NCBI GenBank assembly: GCA_046484045.1
Contig: JAWOBZ010000080.1
Location: 28,630-92,629 of the forward strand
Length of the DNA stretch: 64,000 nt
Source of the DNA: Thermoplasmata archaeon
GTDB lineage: Archaea; Thermoplasmatota; Thermoplasmata; Halarchaeoplasmatales; Halarchaeoplasmataceae
Reading direction: 5' to 3'
The position numbers were made by a program, and so were the translations under genes. Below, piece by piece: positions 30,496-38,897 of this stretch. Each line of letters starts with the position of its first letter. The stretch's first letter is position 1. The notes beneath the pieces were generated by a model that had not been told where the DNA came from, searched no databases, and saw only the letters and a program-made list of their open reading frames with translations.

Positions 30496-30588
30496 TTATC
30501 TACAGCACGAGTGACCGCAACTGGGACAAAGCCAACATCCTTCACGCGGTTGAAGTTCTTCTCCACATTTAGGGCATTCTATCTCCAT
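30496..30588 (-). CDS. 30-aa CPxCG zinc-finger micro-protein (not in ORF track)
   Basis: MEIECPKCGEELQPREGCWLCPSCGHSCCR; TTATATA box roughly 20-27 nt upstream. Confidence 0.7.
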   Translation of the reverse strand: MEIECPKCGEELQPREGCWLCPSCGHSCCR

Positions 30589-30648
30589 GTTAAACGATGA
30601 TCATCAAGATATATAAGTCTAAAATAGGGTGGGTAGGGTGAAAGTAGT

Positions 30649-31977
30649 TTAAGAAACAATTACAACTGAAATGTCGTTGACGTTCGTGTTGCTTTCGAAC
30701 TCGATGGAATCACCCAACTCATCGAAGAAAATCTCAGTTTGATGTTCGTTAAGAGCTTTTTCTGCGTTCAGTGAGGAACGGTATATGGTCATACCATCGG
30801 CTATAGCTCCCGATTTTCCCACCCCATCCACACCGTCTGTATCTATACTTGCCACGACTATGTCCCTTCCTCTTATCTCTTGGGCAAAACTTAGAACGAA
30901 CTCCCTGTTCGGTCCGCCTTTCAACTCTGTATCCATCTTTTTTTTCATCTCCACCGTCATCTCACCACCGATTATCAGTGCCGCCGGTGTTTTTATCGGG
31001 TTGCCGCTTTTCTGTATCTCCACAGCTATACTTGCCAGAGGTTTCGCCACCTCGGTCGCTATACCCTGATTCTCCGATGTCAAAAGCCAGTTGGTAAGGT
31101 TTTTACTTTCTGCAACGGCTTTTACTTTCTGGAGCGCGATCATGTTGCTCCCCACGAGGAAGTTATTCGCTTCGACCCTCTTCGGTGTCTCTTCTATCTC
31201 ACCGCTCTTACCCATGGAAAGATGGACCCTGATAGATTCTGATACTTTATCCCACAAGTCATATCTCTTTATGACCGCCACCGCATCTCCATATGTAGAT
31301 GGATCTGCAACGGTGGGACCGGATGCCACATCGGTCAGCTCATCTCCTACCACGTCGGAGATGATGAGAGAAATTATTTGATTTCCGTCACTGCACAAAT
31401 CAGCTGACCTTCCACCTTTCACCTTGGATAGATGTTTTCTCACCGTGTTGATCTCACTGACGTTGGCACCGCTCTCCAACATCATCTCATTCAGTTCTAT
31501 AATATCTTTGAGTTCGATATCGTCGTGGGGTAACGTGTAGAGTGATGATCCGCCTCCGGATACCAAGAAGATGATAATGCTGTTCTGTGCGGAACTTATC
31601 TTATCGTATATCTCTTTGGAATGTCTAATATTTTCTTCTGAAGGGAGTGGGTGCGTACCGGATCTCACTTCCACGTTTAGATCCCCTGCATCCATGTGTT
31701 TTTTATTGGTGATGATAAGCCCGTCATCTATTTCGAGCTCTGAGAAGGGTTTCGCCATGGGCACGGAGGACTTTCCTATACCGAACAGCAGGATCTTATC
31801 GTAAGAATCTAACTCGAATGTTTCGTCTTTGACTTTTAAAACGTTATCTTCGATGGATATACTATCTTCAACTAATTTCTCTGGATCGGCTCCTTTTACA
31901 CCTGCCATGAGCATCTCGATCGCTATCTCTCGCATCTCCGGAATTTCCATATCACGAGTGGTAATTACAAGTAGCAA
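30649..31977 (-). CDS. gck: Glycerate 2-kinase (MOFRL/DUF4147 family)
   Basis: GIGKS, GTHPLP, LVSGGGSSL, NTVRKHLSKVKGG, SDVVGD, ASGPT, GGPNRE, TDGVDG, TNVND. Confidence 0.92.
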   Translation of the reverse strand: MLLVITTRDMEIPEMREIAIEMLMAGVKGADPEKLVEDSISIEDNVLKVKDETFELDSYDKILLFGIGKSSVPMAKPFSELEIDDGLIITNKKHMDAGDLNVEVRSGTHPLPSEENIRHSKEIYDKISSAQNSIIIFLVSGGGSSLYTLPHDDIELKDIIELNEMMLESGANVSEINTVRKHLSKVKGGRSADLCSDGNQIISLIISDVVGDELTDVASGPTVADPSTYGDAVAVIKRYDLWDKVSESIRVHLSMGKSGEIEETPKRVEANNFLVGSNMIALQKVKAVAESKNLTNWLLTSENQGIATEVAKPLASIAVEIQKSGNPIKTPAALIIGGEMTVEMKKKMDTELKGGPNREFVLSFAQEIRGRDIVVASIDTDGVDGVGKSGAIADGMTIYRSSLNAEKALNEHQTEIFFDELGDSIEFESNTNVNDISVVIVS

Positions 31978-32010
31978 AAATATTTTGTGTTCTTTTATCT
32001 ATCGATGTTG

Positions 32011-32350
32011 AACGAGCTCGTCCAAAAATCACCGGAGATTTTTCTAAAGCTCTTTAAAATCAAAGATTTCAAACGAGCTTATCAGAAATCAAAGATTTCT
32101 AAATGCTCGTTAAAACAAGTTGAACGAGCTTCACAAAATGCTAACGCATTTTCTTCGCCTGCCAAAACAAGTTTGGCAGACCCGGGGGGATTCTGGTCAC
32201 AATCACTCGCTTTGCTCGTGATTCTAACCGCTCGTGAAGCAAAGCTACACCCCCTGCTCGGAATTGTTCACTAAGTTCACAATTCCAACCGTTCATCTAT
32301 TTTTCCAAAATAGACTCACGAACCCAAGGGTTCTCACCCCCTCACATAAA
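32011..32350. repeat. Fragmented copies of the tRNA-Arg 3' end interleaved with mini-hairpins
   Basis: AACGAGCT at 32011, 32072 and 32123 (also 32349 at the tRNA end); CGGGGGGATTC at 32183; GAACCC at 32320. Hairpins include AAATC-AAA-GATTT twice, AAAATGC-TAAC-GCATTTT and CTGCCAAA..TTTGGCAG. Confidence 0.8.
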
Positions 32351-32424
32351 CGAGCTCGGGGGGATTCGAACCCCCGTCCATGGCTCCGAAGGCCATAAGG
32401 ATATCCAGACTACCCTACGAGCCC
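32351..32424 (-). tRNA. tRNA-Arg(TCG)
   Basis: Reverse complement: GGGCTCG...ATGGC-CTTCGGA-GCCAT...GGGGG-TTCGAAT-CCCCC-CGAGCTC-G. Confidence 0.95.
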
Positions 32425-32498
32425 AGAAATGATATAAATCTATGAAGGGACTCATAACCGTCCATGTATTAATAATTTTAATTTATTATTTTTAATTT

Positions 32499-32636
32499 AT
32501 GGGATGTTCCACGCTATCTTATACGGACGCTATACATCTAGCCACTGCACTAATGGCTGATTGTGATGTTTTGTATACTGGTGATCCAATTTTTAAAGAT
32601 ATAGATGAGATCGAAAACGTAGTTATCCCATGCTAG
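32499..32636 (+). pseudogene. C-terminal remnant of a VapC/PIN toxin
   Basis: Translates to ..LSYTDAIHLATALMADCDVLYTGDPIF.., the last two PIN motifs only; the N-terminal DTN motif is missing. Confidence 0.65.
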
Positions 32637-32640
32637 TTCA

Positions 32641-33081
32641 TCAAAGCAGCGCCCGGATATCCTCCGCTACCTTATCCAACTGCTCCCTTTCCCTGCGAAT
32701 AAAATGTTTTTTCTTATCGTATTTGAACTCGAAGCCATCTCCCTCGAATCTCGGTACTAGGATGAGGTGATGATGGAAAATCTCCTGACCGGCTTCTTCA
32801 CCGTCAGCTATGAACCAATTTATGCCTTCACTCTTGTAATCCGATCTTATTATGGCATCCGATACTTTTCTAGCGATCTTGGTAATATGAAGGTGGGTTT
32901 CTTCATCCAGATCCTTCAGATAGGGTATGTGCTTTTTAGGTATGACCACCATCTGACCATCGTTAACTGGATAAAGATCCGGGAAGACTATCACTTTGTC
33001 ATCTTCGTATACCAGGCTGACCGGTGATTTCCCTTCTACTATCCTGCAGAACACACATTTAGACTCATCTTCTTTCGTCAT
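32641..33081 (-). CDS. HIT family nucleotide hydrolase
   Basis: CVFCRIV, YPVNDGQMVVIPKKH, AGQEIFHHHLILVPR; AGGAG RBS before ATG 33081. Confidence 0.9.
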   Translation of the reverse strand: MTKEDESKCVFCRIVEGKSPVSLVYEDDKVIVFPDLYPVNDGQMVVIPKKHIPYLKDLDEETHLHITKIARKVSDAIIRSDYKSEGINWFIADGEEAGQEIFHHHLILVPRFEGDGFEFKYDKKKHFIRREREQLDKVAEDIRALL

Positions 33082-33088
33082 GATATCA

Positions 33089-33208
33089 TCAAACTCCTTT
33101 TTGATCACCCAATTCATGGTATGTCGTCATCCCTCCGTAGATGACCCCAGCTATGCCCATTATGATGATTATGGCGCCTATAATCAAGTTAATAGATCTG
33201 CCCGCCAT
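33089..33208 (-). CDS. Putative 39-aa single-TM peptide or gene remnant
   Basis: MAGRSINLIIGAIIIIMGIAGVIYGGMTTYHELGDQKGV. Confidence 0.35.
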   Translation of the reverse strand: MAGRSINLIIGAIIIIMGIAGVIYGGMTTYHELGDQKGV

Positions 33209-33333
33209 GGTATCATACCAATTAACTCAAAATATATTAAGTCTCCTAAAAAAATAATGAGTAGCCCCAGGGCGGATTCGAATAAAGATAATATGGGAAA
33301 TTTATATAAATGTGTATGTACATATATGTACCC

Positions 33334-33549
33334 ATGTCAAAGAACATATCTATCTCCGATGATGTATATGAGTGGCTCAAAGAGATGAAGGGTGCCGACA
33401 GCTTTTCATCCATAATCAGAAAATTGGGTAAAGGGGGCAATTTAGAAGACATTAACGGATTGAACATCCTGGAGGACTGGGGTAAGACCAAAAACGAATT
33501 AAAGAAAATGAGCGATAAAGAATGGGAGCGGTTGGAAGATGCTGCTTGA
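33334..33549 (+). CDS. vapB: VapB-type antitoxin (DUF217-like)
   Basis: MSKNISISDDVYEWLKEMK..SFSSIIRKL; overlaps the downstream PIN gene. Confidence 0.85.
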   Translation: MSKNISISDDVYEWLKEMKGADSFSSIIRKLGKGGNLEDINGLNILEDWGKTKNELKKMSDKEWERLEDAA

Positions 33550-33922
33550 TACTACAGTGATGGTAGACATCGACAGGGGTATAGAAGAGAGAAAGATGGA
33601 TCACCTCATATCTCTATCTCCGCACATAGTTTCATCCGCTACCGTTATGGAGATATCGACCGGGTTCTTCAGATCTGATCGAAAAGCGATATTGTTAGAT
33701 GAGTTCATATCTCCGCTAACTATTATCCCCATCGATCAGAAAGTGGCTAGAAAAGCGGGAAAGATAGCTGCTAACTTGATCGAAAAGGGTAAAAGGATAG
33801 AGATCAACGATCTGTATATAGCTGCCACCGCTCTGTTACATGAAGAAACGATTTTAACTACTGATGTTAAGCATTATAAAAGAATAGAGGGTCTGGAAGT
33901 AGCAAACTGGGGAGATGTGTAG
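33539..33922 (+). CDS. vapC: VapC PIN-domain toxin
   Basis: LLDTT, TVMEI, NDLYIAATAL, LTTDVKHY. Confidence 0.92.
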   Translation: MLLDTTVMVDIDRGIEERKMDHLISLSPHIVSSATVMEISTGFFRSDRKAILLDEFISPLTIIPIDQKVARKAGKIAANLIEKGKRIEINDLYIAATALLHEETILTTDVKHYKRIEGLEVANWGDV

Positions 33923-33934
33923 TGAGTATTACTA

Positions 33935-34360
33935 CTATCGTGGCATAACGATGTATCCTAAGCTCTTAAAATCATCATCAAAAGAAAATATATGTCCGAT
34001 GTCATACTCATCCATATATACCGCCGTACTCCAGTCCACGAAAGATAACTTGTTTTCTTCCCTTTTTAACCTATTCCATACAACTTTAAAATTCAACGAA
34101 GAGAAAGGGTGTATGATGACGTTTGAGTTCAACACCCTCTCTACGATATCCACAGCAGCATCGTAGTTATAATTATAACGAAGAAAGGTATAAGTCTCCT
34201 GTAAAACCATCTCAGACGTGTGTATCGACCCGAAACTGAGTTCGTTCTTTTTATTTCTATCGACAAAGGATCTTGCTTCCTCGTGATGTTTATCTTTTTT
34301 CTCGTTTAAGGCTATCCATGCACTAGTGTCAATAAAAATAGAGGGGTAGTCTCCCGCCAT
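33935..34360 (-). CDS. vapC: VapC PIN-domain toxin
   Basis: IFIDTSAW, VLQET, LSFVD, FSFDDDF. Confidence 0.92.
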   Translation of the reverse strand: MAGDYPSIFIDTSAWIALNEKKDKHHEEARSFVDRNKKNELSFGSIHTSEMVLQETYTFLRYNYNYDAAVDIVERVLNSNVIIHPFSSLNFKVVWNRLKREENKLSFVDWSTAVYMDEYDIGHIFSFDDDFKSLGYIVMPR

Positions 34361-34364
34361 ACTT

Positions 34365-34595
34365 TTACTTCCCGTAAAGTACTTCATCTATTGTAGTATC
34401 TTTTATCTTGGGTTCATCTTCTCTAGGGTTTGAACCGAAGCATGGTGATCTCCAATCTACTTTCTTTTTTTGGACTTCTTTATGAAGCAATTTTCTCAGT
34501 AGAGAGGATATACTCTCATCTTCCTCCTCAGCGATGTTTTTGATAGTTTCAACTTCATCATCTGGAACCTTAGTACTCAATACTTTATCTGACAT
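34365..34595 (-). CDS. RHH/CopG-type antitoxin
   Basis: VLSTKV..IAEEEDESISSLLRKLL; ends IDEVLYG; directly upstream of a PIN gene. Confidence 0.78.
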   Translation of the reverse strand: MSDKVLSTKVPDDEVETIKNIAEEEDESISSLLRKLLHKEVQKKKVDWRSPCFGSNPREDEPKIKDTTIDEVLYGK

Positions 34596-34759
34596 TGGTA
34601 TGCCAAGGTATACCTCCATATAAATATTTTTTCACATCAAATCCTCATATTTTCTTAGCACATATCAAACGCAACAGATTTTAGGCTATTGTAATATCGT
34701 ATAAAATCTGTCCATATATTAAAAACCTAGACAATTATCTATATCTTAGCATTAAAAAG

Positions 34760-34832
34760 TAGCCCCGGGCGGATTCGAACCGCCGTTACGAGGACCAGAA
34801 CCTCGTATGATTGACCACTACACCACGGGGCT
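34760..34832 (-). tRNA. tRNA-Gln(CTG)
   Basis: Reverse complement: AGCCCCG...CGAGG-TTCTGGT-CCTCG...GGCGG-TTCGAAT-CCGCC-CGGGGCT-A. Confidence 0.95.
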
Positions 34833-34954
34833 AGTGAACGAAGTGAGCTAGGTCCGTGGAAGGAGGAATCTGTGATTCCTGTGCACCACGGGGAATTTGC
34901 TCTGCAAATTTCCCGAGTTGGTTAGAAGCTCTGCTTCTGACAAACTACGGGGCT
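34833..34954. repeat. Duplicated tRNA-Gln 5'-end fragments with mini-hairpins
   Basis: CACCACGGGG at 34884-34893 and CTACGGGGCT at 34945-34954 copy the tRNA 5' end. Hairpins: AGGAATC-TGT-GATTCCT, AATTTGC-TCT-GCAAATT, AGAAGC-TCT-GCTTCT. Confidence 0.78.
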
Positions 34955-35072
34955 TTTTTCTTACTCTCTATTCAGGGCTCTCCGATATCGTAACCCCTTA
35001 AAAATATTATTGGTGCTTATAGCTCGAAAACCAGATTTATATATCCGGAAGTAATTGGTGATTCGATTCACC

Positions 35073-35270
35073 ATGAAGATAACGGAGATGCTCGCCATAG
35101 CTCTATTTGCCACTGGTCTATCTCTAACCGCATGGCTTTTGATCTATTTTATAACCGGTGGGAATAACTCGTTCTTCAGCTCATACTACTCTGCATTGAT
35201 ATTTCCTCCCATCTTCGTAGCTTTGATATTGTTCATCAGATACTTGGCGAGGAAACCAAAAAGGTTATAA
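35073..35270 (+). CDS. Small 2-TM membrane protein
   Basis: Two hydrophobic helices and a basic C-terminus; first gene before queA. Confidence 0.6.
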   Translation: MKITEMLAIALFATGLSLTAWLLIYFITGGNNSFFSSYYSALIFPPIFVALILFIRYLARKPKRL

Positions 35271-35298
35271 TCTTTTTCTTCGAGTGGGTGAAACGTTC

Positions 35299-36300
35299 AT
35301 GAAACTATCGGATTTTGATTACGAACTGGACAAGTCGAAGATAGCCCAGAGACCCATGCGACCCAGGGATGAATCCAAACTCTTCTACCTTAAACGAGGA
35401 GGGCATGAGCACTTGCGATTTCATGATCTACCCGGACTGCTCCAAGAAGGCGACGTTCTGGTGAGAAACAGATCAAAAGTATTCCCGGCACGAGTCAATG
35501 GTAAAAAGGACACGGGAGGAAAGGTCGAGATCCTGTTCTACAGTGAAGTAAAAAAGGGTTGGGAATGCCTCGTTAAAGGCAAGAACATCAAGGAAGGTAG
35601 AGTGCTGGTCGTGGAGGGGGAGACCCTCGAAGTGGTAGAAAATCTGGATGGAGGACATTTTATCTTGAAATCAGACAATATCGAGGAGTTGATCGCCACG
35701 CACGGCGAGATGCCGACGCCACCGTACATAAAAAAAGATCTGGAAGAAATGTCGGAGTACCAGACGATCTACGCAGAAGAAGAAGGTTCCATAGCTGCAC
35801 CCACCGCTGGATTTCATTTTACCCAGGAAGTATTGAATGAGATAAGAGACAAAGGTACGGATATATACGACGTGATACTTCACGTGGGGCCCGGTACATT
35901 CCTCCCGGTGCGAACGGATGATGTTGAAGAGCATGACATGGAGAGAGAATGGTATCGGATACCGGAAGATACCGCAGAAGCGGTCACCAGAGCTAATAAA
36001 GAGGGCAGAAGAGTGGTTTTGGTCGGAACAACGACGGTCAGAGCTATAGAATCCGCGTCGGAGAACGGAGAAGTCAAAGCGGAAGAAGGATGGGCCGACC
36101 TTTTCATATATCCCGGTTATGAATTCCAATCGGGTATGGACCTGCTGCTCACCAATTTCCATTTACCAAAATCCACCCTGATAATGCTGGTGAGCGCCTT
36201 CGTAGGTAGAGAACGTATATTGGACGCTTACAGGGAAGCCGTGGATAAAGACTACAGATTCTACAGCTTCGGGGATGCCATGCTGATCGAGGGGGTATGA
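35299..36300 (+). CDS. queA: SAM:tRNA ribosyltransferase-isomerase QueA
   Basis: MKLSDFDYEL..IAQ, PPYI, YQTIYA, GSIAAPTAGFHF, LHVGPGTFLPV, VGTT, TNFHLPKSTL, YRFYSFGDAM. Confidence 0.96.
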   Translation: MKLSDFDYELDKSKIAQRPMRPRDESKLFYLKRGGHEHLRFHDLPGLLQEGDVLVRNRSKVFPARVNGKKDTGGKVEILFYSEVKKGWECLVKGKNIKEGRVLVVEGETLEVVENLDGGHFILKSDNIEELIATHGEMPTPPYIKKDLEEMSEYQTIYAEEEGSIAAPTAGFHFTQEVLNEIRDKGTDIYDVILHVGPGTFLPVRTDDVEEHDMEREWYRIPEDTAEAVTRANKEGRRVVLVGTTTVRAIESASENGEVKAEEGWADLFIYPGYEFQSGMDLLLTNFHLPKSTLIMLVSAFVGRERILDAYREAVDKDYRFYSFGDAMLIEGV

Positions 36301-37385
36301 TGCTGGAGTTCGAGGTCGAAGAAAAGGACGGAAGAGCTAGAACGGGCGCTATGACGGTCAACGGTAGGAAGGTTAATACACCGCTTTTCATGCCCGTGGC
36401 GACAAGCGGGGACGTTAAAACGCTCATTTCCAGTGATCTGAAAAGCCTCGGAGTCCAAGCCTTGATAACAAACGCCTATCATCTTCTGATGAGACCGGGG
36501 ATCGAGATAATCGAAGAACACGGGGGTCTCCATGAATTCATGAATTGGGACGGAGTCATCTTCACCGACAGCGGGGGGTTCCAGATGATACGCAAGGGTT
36601 TCGATAAAAAGGTAGACAAAAAGGGGGTCCACTTCAAATCCGAGATAAACGGAAAGGAACTCTTCATCTCACCGGAGGAGGACATCGAGATCCAGAAAAG
36701 GCTCGGGTCTGACGTTGCCATGTGCTTGGACTACTGTCCGTCGTATCCAGCGGATCAAGATGAACTCGAGATGTCGGTGGATAGGACGACTAGCTGGGCG
36801 GAGAGATGCAGAAACGTTGACGGGGACATATTTGCCATCTCGCAGGGCGGAACGGATCCAACGTCGCGTGAAAGGAGCTGTCTGGAGTTGAGCGAAATCG
36901 ATTTCCAGGGCTACGCACTCGGCGGGCTGTCGATAGGAGAACCCGCCAGGGACATGTACCGTATGACCGAGATCGCAGACAGTGTATTTCCAGAGGATAG
37001 ACCCCGTTATCTCATGGGACTGGGATCACCCGTAGATATCTTAGAGTCCATAAAAAGAGGTGTGGATATATTCGACAGCGCCTATCCGACCAGGAACGCA
37101 AGGCACGGCACGGTGTTCACCTCTAGAGGCAAGATTAACGTCGAGAAGGGTAGATACCGAAGGGACAAAGGTCCCCTGGACGACAGCTGTGGATGTGAGA
37201 TCTGCGAGAACTACTCCCGAGCATATATCAACCACCTCAGTAGAGCCAACGAGATAACGTGGATGAAGATGACTACCATCCACAACCTGTATTTTATACT
37301 CAAGATGATGGAGGAAGCGAGAGCGTCTATAGCAAGGGGTGAATTCGAGGATTACTTAACAGAATTCAAAAATAATTACGGGTAA
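36297..37385 (+). CDS. tgt: Bacterial-type tRNA-guanine(34) transglycosylase
   Basis: TPLFMPVAT, NAYHL, TDSGGFQ, LDYC, QGG, GGLSIGE, PRYLMG, FDSAYPTRNARHG, CxCxxC..H zinc site; 362 aa with no PUA extension. Confidence 0.92.
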   Translation: MMLEFEVEEKDGRARTGAMTVNGRKVNTPLFMPVATSGDVKTLISSDLKSLGVQALITNAYHLLMRPGIEIIEEHGGLHEFMNWDGVIFTDSGGFQMIRKGFDKKVDKKGVHFKSEINGKELFISPEEDIEIQKRLGSDVAMCLDYCPSYPADQDELEMSVDRTTSWAERCRNVDGDIFAISQGGTDPTSRERSCLELSEIDFQGYALGGLSIGEPARDMYRMTEIADSVFPEDRPRYLMGLGSPVDILESIKRGVDIFDSAYPTRNARHGTVFTSRGKINVEKGRYRRDKGPLDDSCGCEICENYSRAYINHLSRANEITWMKMTTIHNLYFILKMMEEARASIARGEFEDYLTEFKNNYG

Positions 37386-37418
37386 GATTTTTATCCGTCG
37401 ATGTCATCCTGTTGTTGA

Positions 37419-38681
37419 ATGTCCGGTAAATGCATCAAGTGTGACGAGGAAATCGATGATTTTTTCCTGATATGTTCAGATTGTGCGAGAGGACTCTTTT
37501 CAGACAATATGTTTTGGATAGCCGCCAGTCCGGTGATCGGACCGCCTGTAATAGACAGGTGTAAAGAGGATTCCGAACCCACGCTCACTATCGGTGAGAG
37601 ACCGGGAGACGAGCTTCAGTTCAGAGGGGGTAAAAAAACATTGGCAGAAGTCAAGGAACTCATGGAAAAACGTGGAAGTTCGTACTCCGAAGAAAATATC
37701 TTTCAGCGATACGATCGTATACTGGTTGAGATGGGGGTTCCGAAGCACATCGATTTTGACCATTACATCTATTCCAGGGAAAGCGTCAGGGTATTCACGG
37801 AGATATTTTTTGCCGTGGAAGAGATTCGTGAGGACAATAACGCATCTTTGTACGCACCTGGATTGTTCCTTAGACTTGGTAACCTCCTTCATTATACATC
37901 TAAGAAAACCGACGACAGTGCATTCGAACCGAAGTTCAGACATAAGGCCGTCGACGACCTCGTCGAAGAAGCTAAGAGCTACTACGAAATCGCAGAAAAA
38001 CTATCTGAAAAACCCGATATCCACGGGTATAATAACCTTGGAAAACTGCATCTCGACAACGGTGAATATGAATCCGCAAAGGATAATTTCCAAAGGGCTC
38101 TGAGGATCGACAAGGACAACTTCGATACCAGGATAGGACTGACCAAATCTCTGATCGGTCAAGAGCAGCCTGAAGAGGCGGAGAGGGTGGTCGACCAGAT
38201 GCTGAAAAAATTCTCCGATAAACCGGATGTCTGGTATCTCAAAGGCGATATCTCGTTCGTAAAGGATGTTTGGGGCGGTGCGATCCAATTCTATAATCAA
38301 GCACTTTCCAAAGACGATACCTTCCATAAAGCGAGGATGGCAAAAGCAAAGGTGTTCCATGAAAAGGGGATGCTTCAGGAGGCAAATGACGAACTCGATG
38401 ATCTCATAGAGAAGGATGAATCCAATGCCGAGGCTTGGTATATGAAAGCGGATATATTGGACAGGATGGAAAAGTGGGGTGGAGCTATACAGTGCTTGAC
38501 TCAGGCATTGTCTCTCGACCCACAGATGATCAGAGCGTGGGATCTCCAGGGAGATATATTGGTGGAACAGGAGCAGTTCGAAGAAGCCTTCGAGGCCTAC
38601 AATACTTCATTGAAGATATATCCTAATAGAGAAGAGATCGTCAAAAAGAAGAAAGAATGTGAAGAGATGATGGATCAGTGA
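37419..38681 (+). CDS. TPR-repeat protein with N-terminal Cys4 zinc ribbon
   Basis: CIKC...CSDC; several TPR motifs in the C-terminal half. Confidence 0.82.
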   Translation: MSGKCIKCDEEIDDFFLICSDCARGLFSDNMFWIAASPVIGPPVIDRCKEDSEPTLTIGERPGDELQFRGGKKTLAEVKELMEKRGSSYSEENIFQRYDRILVEMGVPKHIDFDHYIYSRESVRVFTEIFFAVEEIREDNNASLYAPGLFLRLGNLLHYTSKKTDDSAFEPKFRHKAVDDLVEEAKSYYEIAEKLSEKPDIHGYNNLGKLHLDNGEYESAKDNFQRALRIDKDNFDTRIGLTKSLIGQEQPEEAERVVDQMLKKFSDKPDVWYLKGDISFVKDVWGGAIQFYNQALSKDDTFHKARMAKAKVFHEKGMLQEANDELDDLIEKDESNAEAWYMKADILDRMEKWGGAIQCLTQALSLDPQMIRAWDLQGDILVEQEQFEEAFEAYNTSLKIYPNREEIVKKKKECEEMMDQ

Positions 38682-38685
38682 CGGT

Positions 38686-38853
38686 TTAAACCGGCCATCT
38701 CCATTTTGCCAGTTCTATAACCACTAAACATGCTACAGCTACGATAAGGATCAATCTATGATCAAACTTGGGTCCTTTGGACTCTTCTTCATCGAAATAG
38801 CGCATCAATCCTGCTGCGGATTGAAAACCTCCGCCGCCTTGTTTTGCTGACAT
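38686..38853 (-). CDS. secG: Preprotein translocase subunit Sec61-beta (not in ORF track)
   Basis: MSAKQGGGGFQSAAGLMRYFDEEESKGPKFDHRLILIVAVACLVVIELAKWRWPV; AGLxRYFxEE signature plus a TM helix. Confidence 0.88.
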   Translation of the reverse strand: MSAKQGGGGFQSAAGLMRYFDEEESKGPKFDHRLILIVAVACLVVIELAKWRWPV

Positions 38854-38897
38854 TGTTATCATATTATAGGCATGATTATTTAAGGATTACGTTCCAT

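Larger units (their letters stand above)
33260..34779. mobile_element. Integrase-less islet at the tRNA-Gln 3' end carrying two VapBC modules
   Basis: AGTAGCCCC(A)GGGCGGATTCGAA at 33260-33282 repeats the tRNA 3' end at 34758-34779; AT-richer cargo. Confidence 0.65.

Noticed and set aside
31987..32274. 95-aa ORF in the track
   Set aside because: Lies across the hairpin/tRNA-fragment repeats with no protein-like features; likely spurious.
36297..37385. Archaeosine TGT (arcTGT)
   Set aside because: Short length, no C-terminal PUA domains, bacterial motifs and coupling to queA.
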